From Tubiluchus corallicola (taxonomy: Eukaryota; Animalia; Priapulida), in contig JAQGDQ010000032.1 of assembly GCA_030141605.1 (NCBI GenBank), positions 882,056 through 946,055 of the forward strand: a DNA stretch of 64,000 bases. Direction: 5' to 3'. The position numbers were made by a program, and so were the translations under genes. The notes beneath the pieces were generated by a model, which saw only the letters and a program-made list of their open reading frames with translations, made no database searches and was not told the DNA's origin. Positions within the stretch are counted from its first letter, which is position 1. Every line of letters starts with the position of its first letter. Positions 1 through 12,100 of the stretch are shown piece by piece.

Positions 1-1981
1 ATTCTAACTTTCGTTGGCTTATATGGCGTATGTGTTTCTAATCAAGTAATTTAGTAAATACTCCAATCAGAACCATTGTAATTACTGCTTCAAGAAGTTG
101 TTAAGAATTAATCAGTTGTTGAAATTTGGTTGACGATTTGAGCTAAAAGTTGATCAAACTCAAATTAATGGTGTATCAGAGACGCATGACACACGTATAC
201 AATTTTTCTTGATTTAACATTTGTTGGATCATTTGAATCGCCCATATTTTAGCGAACCAAGCCTATCATCTGTATTATTCCTTATACGAATTTTACTACT
301 TAATGTTTATTAATGATTTAAAATGTTCATCAAAACAAAATAAAAACTTGGAAAGTTGCTGAAGAAATGAAAAACAAATAAAACTAATGACCCGATTTTA
401 GAAATTCCTGTTAATCGTTTTTGCACTCGTCATGAATAGTCCTTCAAAACCCCATTTTTTCTTTGTTCTGTTGTTTGTTGACTTCCGTTCCGTTCTATAC
501 CTGTGTCCGACGTAAAAATTTTCAGAATACATGTGTGCATTAATTAACATAAATCAAGACCACATAGAATGTGCCTGTAGACTAATTTCACTATTAAAAT
601 TTTAACTGGCAGAAAAATTAATCCATTTAGTGGTAATTAAAACCCTTAAGAGCTTTTAACTGGTTTTAATGCAAATTTATGGGAGAGCGTGTGAATTATA
701 GTCTGCTACGGCAGCTTTGTATGCAAAATAGCTTGTGGAAAACGCAGATAACAACATGAAGACAATTCATCCTGCTAAAAACTTCTAACAAAAAAATTAA
801 TGTTTTACTTGAATTAATTTATCATTTTTAGCCAAATTTTGCATATTTTGCAAATGAATTTTTAAAAATACTTATACCGCGATATGAGATTAAAGGTATA
901 GGAGGTCAACTTTTTGGTTCTTTTTTCACAGCAAGCGCCAAACAAATTGTCAAGTTACAAAGACCCACTTTTAGGATTAACATGAGAACAGGATTTGGAT
1001 TTTTTTAAATACAAAGCGCCTAATTCATGTAACCGTACAAAGAAAGAAGTTATGAAAATACTGAAAATAAGTTTTACATCTCTATTAGCAACCTATAAAA
1101 AATATATGTTTCACATATATGAGGAAAGATAGAAAGAATTTCAGGTTCCTAAAACTGTGCTTCTGACAGTTGCGGGTTACAACATTAAGACATCGTACGC
1201 ACATCGTATAACGCAATTTATATGCTCCAGTTGCCTAACAAAGCGTCAAATTTGTACTTAATGCTTCTCGTCGAGCGGTATGCAGTTTCATTACTGCGTC
1301 TTCTTGAGGTAAATAGTAATAATATAGGTGGGACCTACAGCTTTCGCAAAAGATTTTCCTCCAAAATATGGGCTCCAGCGCTATGTAATTCAACAGTCTT
1401 ATTCAAAACGAAAAAGTTGAAGCTTATTACATTATAACGATCTACTGTATACTGTATAGCATGCAGTGATACTACTCCGTTGGAAGCTATATAAGATCAT
1501 ATTCAGAAAGGATCACTGTAGATAAGCTTTACTCTTCTTTAATTTTTTACACTTTTAGTTGAAGAAATTTTTGTGGTTTTTGGTTTCTTGATAACAGTTC
1601 TTCAAAGTCCTTCGAATGAGGAGAATGAGTAAAACCGCCTCAGCATGTATAATAGTAGGCTTGAAATTCCAAAGTAAAGAAACCACATATTTTTTCTGTA
1701 ATTTGAAAAAAGACACCACAAAATCGCACTCGTTTAGACCTTATATGTCTACTAATAAAATTCGTGTAAGCGACAAACATAAAAAATTGATGATTTTTGC
1801 AGTTGCATTGCAAAGCCCAAAACATGAATACGTCATTGGTTTTTTATGTAGCAGTCACCCAACCATTTTAGACAGCTAAACTTTTAGTCTTTGAGTGTAA
1901 AGAATTTCAGCAAAAAATTAATTTTTGCTTGTTCTCCCCCCCCCCCCCGCGCACCTCTGTCTTCCAGGTGCCTAGGCTTAA

Positions 1982-2526
1982 AGGAAAGCACAAGTCTTCC
2001 GGGAAATTATACTCATTTTAATGTTTGCGAAAAATATTAGAATGATTTAGTAATAAAAGTGCGATAATTAGTGCTTCATGAAATTAATAAAATCATTTAA
2101 GTTGTGGTCATTTCACGCCTGGGCGCTTCCGTTTTGATCGCCCACGTTATTCATCAGCTGAAGAAAAGCAATGCATTATCAATTTCCGTCAAAAGTGTAA
2201 TAAGTTTTTACAAAAAGACAGATAGCTAATTTTGCGATATTATTGAACATTAGATAAGCTACAGAAGTTAGAATTGGCTTAAGCGCGCGCTTGCGGAAAG
2301 CCACGATGCGCTTAAGAAAAATCACAAAATCCACCAGTTACATCATAATTTTTCAAGTGAATGACGGCTACCTCTGCGCCTGAACATTTCTATACAGTGG
2401 CAGCAGAAATTAAGTTTATGCTTTACAGAATTTTTCTTTGTAAATGTGTAAATTTGTTATAGTTTTCTAAGTTTAAATGATCACAGTAGAAAAAGCCCAA
2501 CATACCAAGGCAGCTTGTCCTTTCCT
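1982..2526. mobile_element. Kolobok-like MITE with TTAA target duplication
   Basis: TTAA|AGGAAAGCACAAG...CTTGTCCTTTCCT|TTAA: 12/13 terminal inverted repeat, TTAA on both sides, no ORF. Confidence 0.7.
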
Positions 2527-3894
2527 TTAAGTACACAATTCCTTTAGCCTACTGCTTAATCCTCCTACATTGCCTGGAAGTAACCGCGTAAACATGGTGC
2601 GATAATTACATTGTATCGCGCCATCTATTGCCGTGTCGTTGTAAGCATTATAGCAAAGTGCAGTTTTTAACTATATGAAAACGACGAATAAAAAACCGCT
2701 TGCGTTAATGACTTTGTTAAGTGCTCTTGGTTTAAGTGTTATTTATGAGTCGATGCATTTTAGCTAGGAAGCAGTTTGCATTGAAGCTAGTGTAGCTGCC
2801 GCTTATATCGAATCCATTCAGAACGAATGGGTTTCATTACCCTATCAAGCAGGAAACTTTGCTTCATTATTGCTAAAAGGGTTGCAAGATTGATTCAAAC
2901 TCGTGGCTTTGTGAATAACCAGAAAAATAGTCATTTTACATTGCATACAAAGCCTAAAATATTGATAAATCTGGCGGTTGATTCTTTTTAAACCCTTCAT
3001 GTTTCTGTGCTCATAAATAATGAAAAAAGTTCTTAACTTACACGTGCGGCATAATAGTACCGCTATCAAATTTATAAATATACGCATAACAAATTTCTAA
3101 ATAAATTACAAGTGCGTTAGTTTCATAGAGATGGCTTGCTTTCGTTAGTTCTCCTGTAGGTGGGATTCAACTCAATATGCACTTCATTTTTTACTGAAAG
3201 TACCTACACTATATTTTCTCTATGAGTTTATTGAACTTCTAAATTTCATAAACAACGCCAATGGGACAGCCATTGGTGTATGGATATGTAATACATTACA
3301 AGTGTTTTTAAGTATTGTGATTATACAATGAAGAATGCTGAGGTAAAGCACTTCGTAACTGATATTATAATTGACTCCTGGAAAACGTAAAAAAGAATGA
3401 CGAAGTTTAAACAAATTTTAAAACTTCTCTTTACTTGAAAGTAGGATAACGAACATTCGAATAATCACAAAATTTCAACAAATATTAGAGAAATTACCCA
3501 GATAGAATAGAATAATACATACCGTATAAAAAGAAGCAGAAAGAGCAGTCTAATGATCTCAAGCACACAATTAAAATGAAATTTGCAAGCTAATATGCTC
3601 TGAATCACTACCCGACTTCCAAGCTTAGTGAAATATGGTTGTCAGTGAAACTCTTTCTAATTAACATGACAAAACCTGGGATGGTTTGTGAGTCAGAGTG
3701 ATGTCATTACAATAATGCAAATCACTTGTAACGATGCAAATGATTTGTATGATTAATCGTCCATTGTTCGATAAAAAGTAGCCAAATGTAGGAAATAACA
3801 AGTAGAGGTATGTGATAGCAATGCCACAAACATGGCGCACCGAATGAAATAGATTTGCCAGCAGACTGGCAAATCTGTATTTGTTCATGGTACA

Positions 3895-3970
3895 GGTATA
3901 ACCGTGTAATGGTTAACAGAATTGCTCAGAAAGCGAAAGATCTTCGGTTCGAGTCGCAGTAGCGGGAAAA
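3895..3970 (+). pseudogene. tRNA-like element (tRNA-derived SINE head or pseudo-tRNA), unit 1
   Basis: A-box-like CGTGTAATGGTTA and B-box GGTTCGAGTC at tRNA spacing, with an anticodon-like hairpin TTGC-TCAGAAA-GCGA. Acceptor stem poorly paired. Confidence 0.5.
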
Positions 3971-4111
3971 ATTTCTTAGATAGACTTTCTAATTTAGTAT
4001 AGTTTTTCTGTGCTTTTATCACGTACTTTATCTTAATATAGTGTGGACTGTGATTCCCTGTTCATACATCTCTAACTTAAAGGGGAAATTTCTGAGTCTA
4101 AAAAGTTGAGT

Positions 4112-4196
4112 GCCTTTGTGGTGCAATAGTTAGCATAGTTGCCCGAAACGCAGAAGATCATGGGTGCGAGTCCAAGTGAGGGTGCAAAATTTTTTT
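4112..4196 (+). pseudogene. tRNA-like element (tRNA-derived SINE head or pseudo-tRNA), unit 2
   Basis: GCCTTTG-TGGTGCAATAGTTAGCA...TTGC-CCGAAAC-GCAG-AAGATC...GGTGCGAGTCC...TGAGGGT followed by an oligo-T run; similar to unit 1. Confidence 0.5.
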
Positions 4197-4340
4197 GGTT
4201 GTTTATATGAATAATTTCGCAGCACGTTGCTTTTGCTTTGCGATTACATTTACGAGTATAGTTGTGCAAATACAAATGAATCGACATTATATTATCATGC
4301 GTGTTTTAGCTACTCAATTTTACTGATTGCAATATTACCC

Positions 4341-4566
4341 ATAGATAGATAGATTGATTGATAGATAGATAGATGGATGGATGGATGGATGGATGGATGG
4401 ATGGATGGATGGATGGATGGATGGATGGATGGATGGATGGATGGATGGATGGATGGATGGATGGATGGATTGATCGAGAGAGAGAGAAAGAGAGAGAGAG
4501 AGTGAGTGAGAGAGAGAGAGAGAGGGACGCAGATAGCCAGACAGACAGACAGATAGAATAGATAGA
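4341..4566. repeat. Compound microsatellite (GATA)n-(GGAT)n-(GA)n-(GACA)n
   Basis: Directly visible; the source of the spurious MDGW and HPSI ORFs. Confidence 0.97.
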
Positions 4567-6181
4567 AAGGTTGATTTGCAGCTAATGTTATGTTTAATTA
4601 TAACAACTGGTTTTAACTTCAACTCTGATTGGTTGTGTGTCACCGGCCTAATTAATGTTATACAAAGGTTATAAAACCAAGATGAATCTCGACTATGTTA
4701 AAAAAAAAATTGAACTTCATTCACGAAAAATATGAAAAAAAGTTTTTTGTTTGTATTAATAAATGCATACAGTTTTTTGGAGTGTAGCTCTGGGAAAGCG
4801 TTTGTTATCTACTATTACATATAGGTCTAATTTATCATCTATGCTCTGACGTTATGAAAATTAATAAAAAGAGTATTAATCACTGTTTTACTTTTTCATG
4901 ATGCTAGCATCTCAATCTAGTAATTCTTTTTCGACGTTTTTGAGTAGACATACTTGACTTGACTAACAGAGAACTTCAGTCATATCGTAATGTAGGCGCC
5001 CATTGCACAAATAAAGATATAGTAAAATGATCGCCATACTTTGTGGTTTCTAAACAATGTTTTAGAAACCAAATTGAAATACATAATATAAAACAATATC
5101 ACTTTTTGCATATTTGCTTTTTAAATGTGATCCCTGTGGTTAAATGTACATAATTCATCTGAGTCTATCTACGACCATTTTCTGGCCAGGCTTGGCATTA
5201 CTTATCTTCGGCCAATCTTCGTTTTAAATATCGTTTTTGATATTGATGACAGGGATTATAAAATAACTTACAAGTTACGGAAATTAAATTACTCACCTTC
5301 ATCAATTATCAATAAACAAATAAATAAAGTAAGAAAGAAAATTCCAAACACATCATTCGGAGAACTTATTTTCATCACTAACTGGGAATGAATAATGTGT
5401 TGATGTAAAATTGACTACGTAATTTGCCGATATTATTGGAAAATAAATTCAACTGCTTGATTATAATGATATGTTATTTCTCCTTGCAGTAGTTACGTAG
5501 TGAACAATCGTTATCATCAAACGTGGCATTTGCTTCTACGCAAAAAGACTCAAGGGCCTGCAATGTAATAATTTTCTAACTCAACGAATTCAAAGATGCC
5601 TACGAGACACGTGTATCAACCATATCAACCATACATTGCACACAAGAAACCTTCAGAAATATGACAATCACTGCAAAAACAAACGTTCAGAAAATGAGAT
5701 TTTTTACCAGACCGAGTTTAAGTTCGGTCTTTGTATAAATCGGAACAAGTGTTAATGACAACGAGTAAATTGCACGTGTTAGCTAAGTTGTCATGCATAG
5801 TGTTCGTGGTTATCAAGTTGAACCACATCGAGTTATTTAGTAAAGGGATAAATGATGCATGGAAAAACTGCTTCGGCAGTTTCATTTGTTTACTAGTTTG
5901 GCTGAATTTTCTCATTGAGGATTATTAACCAAATTGCAATGTACCGAGCATATTCTCGAGATGTTTAAAACAACTACTACAAAAATCCGCATTGAAAATC
6001 ACAAGCTTTTCGCTTTCGCCTTTTAGCTTAATTGCGAACATTTGTGCAATTGCAATATGTGAAACTTTTTCTCAAACATCTTGGTTTTGTTAATATGTTA
6101 TTACAATATAATTATATAATTGTAATTGTGTTTTTCTCTATTAAACCAAATTAAAACTAAACTAAACTATTTTTTCTCCAG

Positions 6182-9100
6182 TATGCAGCTCACAAGAGGG
6201 TAATAACATCCGTGGGCCTGTGTTTGTGTCTGAACCACCGTCAACTGTCCTTTTCACCAACAATACTGGATCCAGGCTCGAATGTACCGCGTTTGGGAAA
6301 CCCCCGCCTGTGATAAGCTGGTTGACGGCTGATGACCACGAATCCATTGGTGATGTGTCAAATCTGCGGCATGTAATACCTAATGGGACCCTTATCCTTC
6401 TTCCGTTTGACCCGAGATATTACCGGGCTGAGGTCCACGCAAGAACTTACATATGTCAAGCAACGAATTCTATGGGCACTATACTAAGCAGAAAGATAAA
6501 AGTGAATGCAGGTGAGTTTTTGAATCTTTAGCCATGCAATGTGTTTAAAGGAAATCCGGACCTAATCTTAAGCTATGGCTCAAAACAATTTACCCCATGA
6601 AATATTGAAAATGAGCATAGTGTTTTTTTAAAAAGAACTATTACCAGAGAAATATAATTTTCGCCTTCGCGCTGCTAGTTTTTCACTGTTACATGCATTT
6701 AACCATTCGCTAGTTAGGCGGGCATCTGCATTTCGGAAACGCGTTGCGCAAAAACAGGTGCTCTACCTCTCAGTTCAGAAATGTTCACTTGTGACGTACT
6801 GCTCACAATCGAGAGCTCATGCGGAACACACCGTAAATTTGACATTTGAATTTTAAACTTAAAATTTGCTGAGTTTTTGTTTATCACACTAAATGTTGTA
6901 TGTTGGTATTGTCCTTCAATTTTTGCTTTTGCAAACACGTGCAACACGCTCGCGGAATGTTTGTGCTGTTGGAAATTATATTCAATTGTAATGTCATCAC
7001 TGGGCTCTTTCGTCGTTAGTTAAGTTTTTAACCTATTACTTAATTATCAAAAACGCTTTAGCATTATTATATGTGTTAAAATGTATACTTTATATCACAC
7101 TCTAAAATGAGGTAGGGATATGAAAATCTTCCTGTTTTCCTTTAAGGTTAAAGTTACTTACATAGTATAATAGAGGACATAAAGTTTTTCTTTGGGTTTA
7201 ATAAGCCAACGCAATACGGCGAGGAGGGTGGTCATTTTCTTGTCAATGTTGTTCGAAAAGTGCACATCAACACTTCCATGTTATAGAAATGTCTAAACTA
7301 CAGACTCGAAATTTTTTAAACATTTTTTTGCTTCACGTGCTATACTTCTTTTTTATTGTGCTTGTAAATAATCATAATTTTGTTTTACGTTTGTGTATTT
7401 TATATGACAATAAACTTAAACATATACTTAAACTTAAAAGCCAACTACATGTACAGTCTAATTGAATTATTGTTCGTGATTGTGTTATAGATTCATAAAT
7501 TATCCGTACAAATAAAAAGTACACAATTAGGCTAATTTTAGCGTTTTTAATTCAGTAATTCAACATTTGCGAACATATTTGAATTGCAGAGCGGCAGCTG
7601 AAATATCCTTTGTGTGATTTACTCTCTCGTTCCACAGACAAAGAATGTCGTTCCCGAACATAGAATATGCCTAACGTTGACTTCGACATGGTTATGCCGT
7701 GTTTTAGATATAGTTCTGTTGTTCTTTTTGTCTTTTCCTTATTTTTAATACCCGATTCATTTGAGGTGATTGAGTACGTATTATTCTATTCAAATAAATA
7801 ACGATTAACAAACCAGAAGGTAACTTCACGACACTAAATAAAATACCGCCATTGTGATACATATAATTAAAACGCTTGCACCTTTGTAACTGTTAAGTGA
7901 GATAAAAGCAACATATATTGTACTAAACAATTTTAGATCACAGGAGTTCTTATAAGGCTGGAATTACAATATGATCAACAGCTTTTGTGTCTTTTTAAAC
8001 ACTTAAAAGCAACAGAATAAAAGCCGCGTGATCATGTCAAAGAAATGGAATACCTACGTTAGAGGGACAACGAACTTTGCCGAAGGAATAACATAGTAAA
8101 TCGCATGGCCGATATAGTAACCTGCATGCACAACGTGCACATTCTTTTGGCATGCGTCCAAGGGATAACACAAGTTTTTTCCATAAACGGGACTACTACT
8201 ACCACTATATTCCATTTCACCTAGATTCTGTCGGCAGCATATTAAACCCAAGAAACAGTGTCGAACAATCATCATTTTTATTATATCGCTGAGTTATTGG
8301 ACAACGCTGAGTGCCGTAAAAATAACAATAAAAGGCATGAATCCCCATGTTGTTTGCGGCTCCTCAGCATCGTCAAAGATGTAGAATAAAGAACTGACTT
8401 CATCGCGGATTGCATTCGTAGTAAGCGTCAATTAATCCCTGATGCAATCTGTACGCTGAAGCATTAAAGCCTTGATTGAACCAATAAACAGTGTGCAGAT
8501 AACGACGATTAGCATTTCAAATCAGAGCGGGATACCGCCTCTGTTCCTTATCCCTTCCCTAATCTCCTGCTAGACAGGCTGACTAATAAAACGCTCTGCG
8601 AGTGTTTTCGTCGGCCAGCCCTCATCTCCCTAGAGTAATCCGGCAAATTCAAAGTGACATATGAAAAACGTCCGTTTTCAAAGAAAATGATTTCAAGAAT
8701 GTTAACACATCTGACTGCACACTTAATATTCCTGTTTCGAAATCAAATAGGTGGAACTAAAGCATTTGGTAAGGCAAGTTACTTTTGATATAGAGGCTAA
8801 ACTATGATTATGAACATCATTAGTAGCCGCCTTCGTCGAGTCTACCTCGCTTGCCACGAAATCTCTCATACCATGCTTACAATTTCTCAAACTTAAACAC
8901 CAGTTAAATGCACATTCTACCATTTATTTTGGATAAGTATAAACCAATAGCATTTTAAAAACTATTTATAATGTATGCATGTAAAAAATAAATTCTTATT
9001 CTTATTTTTACTACTATCACCTAGAAAACAATAACCATTAGCGTCATCCACTGACCGTTTCTAATGCCTAGTGTAGGCGATCTCTGTGCTGTAAGGTTTA

Positions 9101-12100
9101 GAAACTTGAGCGAAATTTTACAGACTTCGAGATCCAAACTGATTGCACGATTCTCATGATGCGAATGAAGGTGACGATGACGAGATATGATGTGATGAAT
9201 CATCCTCATCATCATCACCATCAGTACTATTTTCCGATTTTAATTTTAATTTTATGTATGTTTTGATTTTATCACAGTAATAAAACACACCTACGAAGTA
9301 TCGGTGAATGACAAAGACGCCATTAAAGGTAACACGGCCGTGATGAAGTGTGAGATACCAACGTTTGTTCAACAATTCGTACATGTGCACTACTGGTTGA
9401 AGGGAGCAAGGCGAATACGCAACGGTAAGAACATGATTAATTAATCGCTCAGCAAAAATCGGAAATCCATTCCTGACTGAAACAGAATCAGAAGCAAAAT
9501 CAAATTGTGCGCAAAATCTCGCGTCTACTAAAAAGGCGGTAAATTTTCAGTCAGCGAAGGATGCCAAGTATCACAATTTCCATTTTGACTTCTTTTAAAT
9601 TATGAAAGGTATTAGTTCTAGGATTTGATCTAGGTGAAAGATACAGTGTTTTTCCCACCGGTGAGCTCCATATTCGCAATGTGCGATACGAAGACGTCAC
9701 TCAACCTTATCAGTGTCTTACGCGACATGAATTGACTGGAGAAGAAGTCGTTAGTCAAAGATCCGGTAGACTTCGTCTTCGAGGTAAGTTTTTGTATCAA
9801 AATTTTCCAGTTATGCATCTGTTCTCAAAGTTGAAAAAGTTATGAGATTTAGTTCTAGATTTACGGTTACAATGCCCAGTTCCTGTGTGAAACACAAACT
9901 TAATGAGATTCATAGTCCTAATGACTCTCTAGAAAAGGAAATATAAATTCGATTCCTGTTCCGGTTTTACGGCATCAAATTAAACATTGTTGTGTGTTTC
10001 ATTTTCACGTGTTCATAGTTTCAAAGCACGAAAAATCAGGGATGCATAATCGTCGTCTATAATTTTGGCGCCACGTACTGAGCTTTCTGGAATTATTTAA
10101 CATTAAATGAGACCGGTCGGATTAGTATAAATGTCAGTTTTCTAAGTAGAGATCCTATTTCAATCAAAGCCAAATCTACAAAACAATGTATTGTATTGTT
10201 ACTAACGTAGTATATGTTTTATAGCGTTATATGTATTTATATGTATGTATTTATACTTCTTGTAAACAGAGTATGTATTTATTGAATTTAATTGAAATTA
10301 CTCAATAAATATGTTAAAAATGTTAAATAACGTTGTTCAAAATTGCGATTTATCGCTAGATAATAAAAAAGTAGTACAGTATTATTCGCAACCTTATTTG
10401 TTAACAGCCTAAAGCCAGGGTTTCACTAGGTTCACGACTTTGGCGACTAGCCGAAGGTCCAATACTCCAATAATCGTAAAATGTGCTCCAAGGGTTCTTT
10501 GAATGGTCGTAAAACATGCGCGGGTGTTTGCCATTGTCGCCAATAGGTCGTTGGCTTCAACAGAAAATTTTAAGTGTTTAAAGTTTGTTGCAAGAATCAC
10601 AAAACTCGTCACCTCGACAAAACTTCCCCAAACTGTCGCAAAGTTGTCTGAATAAGCGCCATACGTGCACATAAATGTCGCAAATTATTCGCGATATTCG
10701 TCAAAAATGCCAGAATTTACGAAAAATGAACATTTTGAAATTCTTTTGAGAATACTGGACGAATTTGTGACTATTTTTCAACATTTTGGCGACATTTTGA
10801 GTCTCGGTTATCCTCTATTTTCTTTCCACTAAAATACTGCAAAATTGTTTTGAAATGTTCGCAATATACTCGTGCAAATGTCGTGCAACAGTAGACTTTT
10901 CGCATAAACAGAGTCGCATAAACAAAGTTCCGAACATATCAGGCAAATCTCATGCGACATCTCGCGGTTTTTGCATGAAAGCCCTAAATTTCGCAAAAAG
11001 GTGCCGAAATTAGCACGACAAAACGCTGTCGCGGAATTTTTTGCGACCGTCGCACTTTTCGGTCGCCGCAAAAGTGTTGGTTCTCGTGAAACCCTTAAGA
11101 AAGTTGTTCATTTTCATTAATTAAAAAAGATGTATAATTTCACATTACCCATTTTTGACATCAAAGTTCTCATCCGTATTTTTTGTTTTTATATTTCAGA
11201 TGTTATGAGCCTTAGACCTGCAATAGTTGATTTCAGGACTGCAGTTAGTGTAAAGGTTGGCCAGAAAGTTGAGTTACCATGTGCTGCCGAAGGATCTCCG
11301 GTGCCTTCCTATAAGTGGTATTATGGGACCAAAAGGACAGAGTTCAATGTAAGCGGGAGGTTTTCACAATTTTCTGGAAGCCTCATTATTGAGAATGTTA
11401 GAGTTGGCGACGCTGGAAAGTACGTTTGTGTAGCAACAAATAGATTGGGCAGTGCTGATTGTGAAACATTACTCATAGTTACAGGTAAGAAGGTCGTCAA
11501 CAGTTAAGCAAAATTTATAATAAACATTAGTAACATACAAAGTAGCTTCTTATTACCAATTCTGTGTCAGTTTCTTGCAAGCTTTTCCCGTTTAAAATTA
11601 ATAAGTTTTTGGTAAGACACGAAATGAGGCTTAGTAAGCTTTGAATCTTTTTCTCAGAATTAAGGTTGGCATTTAGGTGTTTAATGCGATTACGTTAGTT
11701 TTGCTTGTGTAATCGTTGCAGGGCTTTGTTAATCCATTTAGCGATCAGGTAACAGTAGTTACAACAAATTTTTCTAAGGATGCCCTAACCCCCAGGCATG
11801 CAACTCAGCTGTTCGAGCCACAGAAAATGCAAAAAGGAGCGCTAACCTCGTCAGAGCATTAGGCGAACGATAAAGAATAAATTTATGGTCGTTTAATTTT
11901 ATGTTTTTTAAATGCAGATTCTTTATTTGCAACCATCAAACCAGAATCTCAAACAATTGATGTTGGAAGACCAGCTCAGTTCAACTGCACGACATCAGGT
12001 TATCCGATGCAAGTACCAGTGTGGCTGAAAGATGGGAAACCACTTAGTGTGGACAAAAAGCGGATCAAATTGCTAATACCTCGGATTCTCATGCTTGAGG

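Noticed and set aside
4335-4643. ORFs with MDGW/HPSI repeats
   Set aside because: Translations of the (GGAT)n microsatellite.
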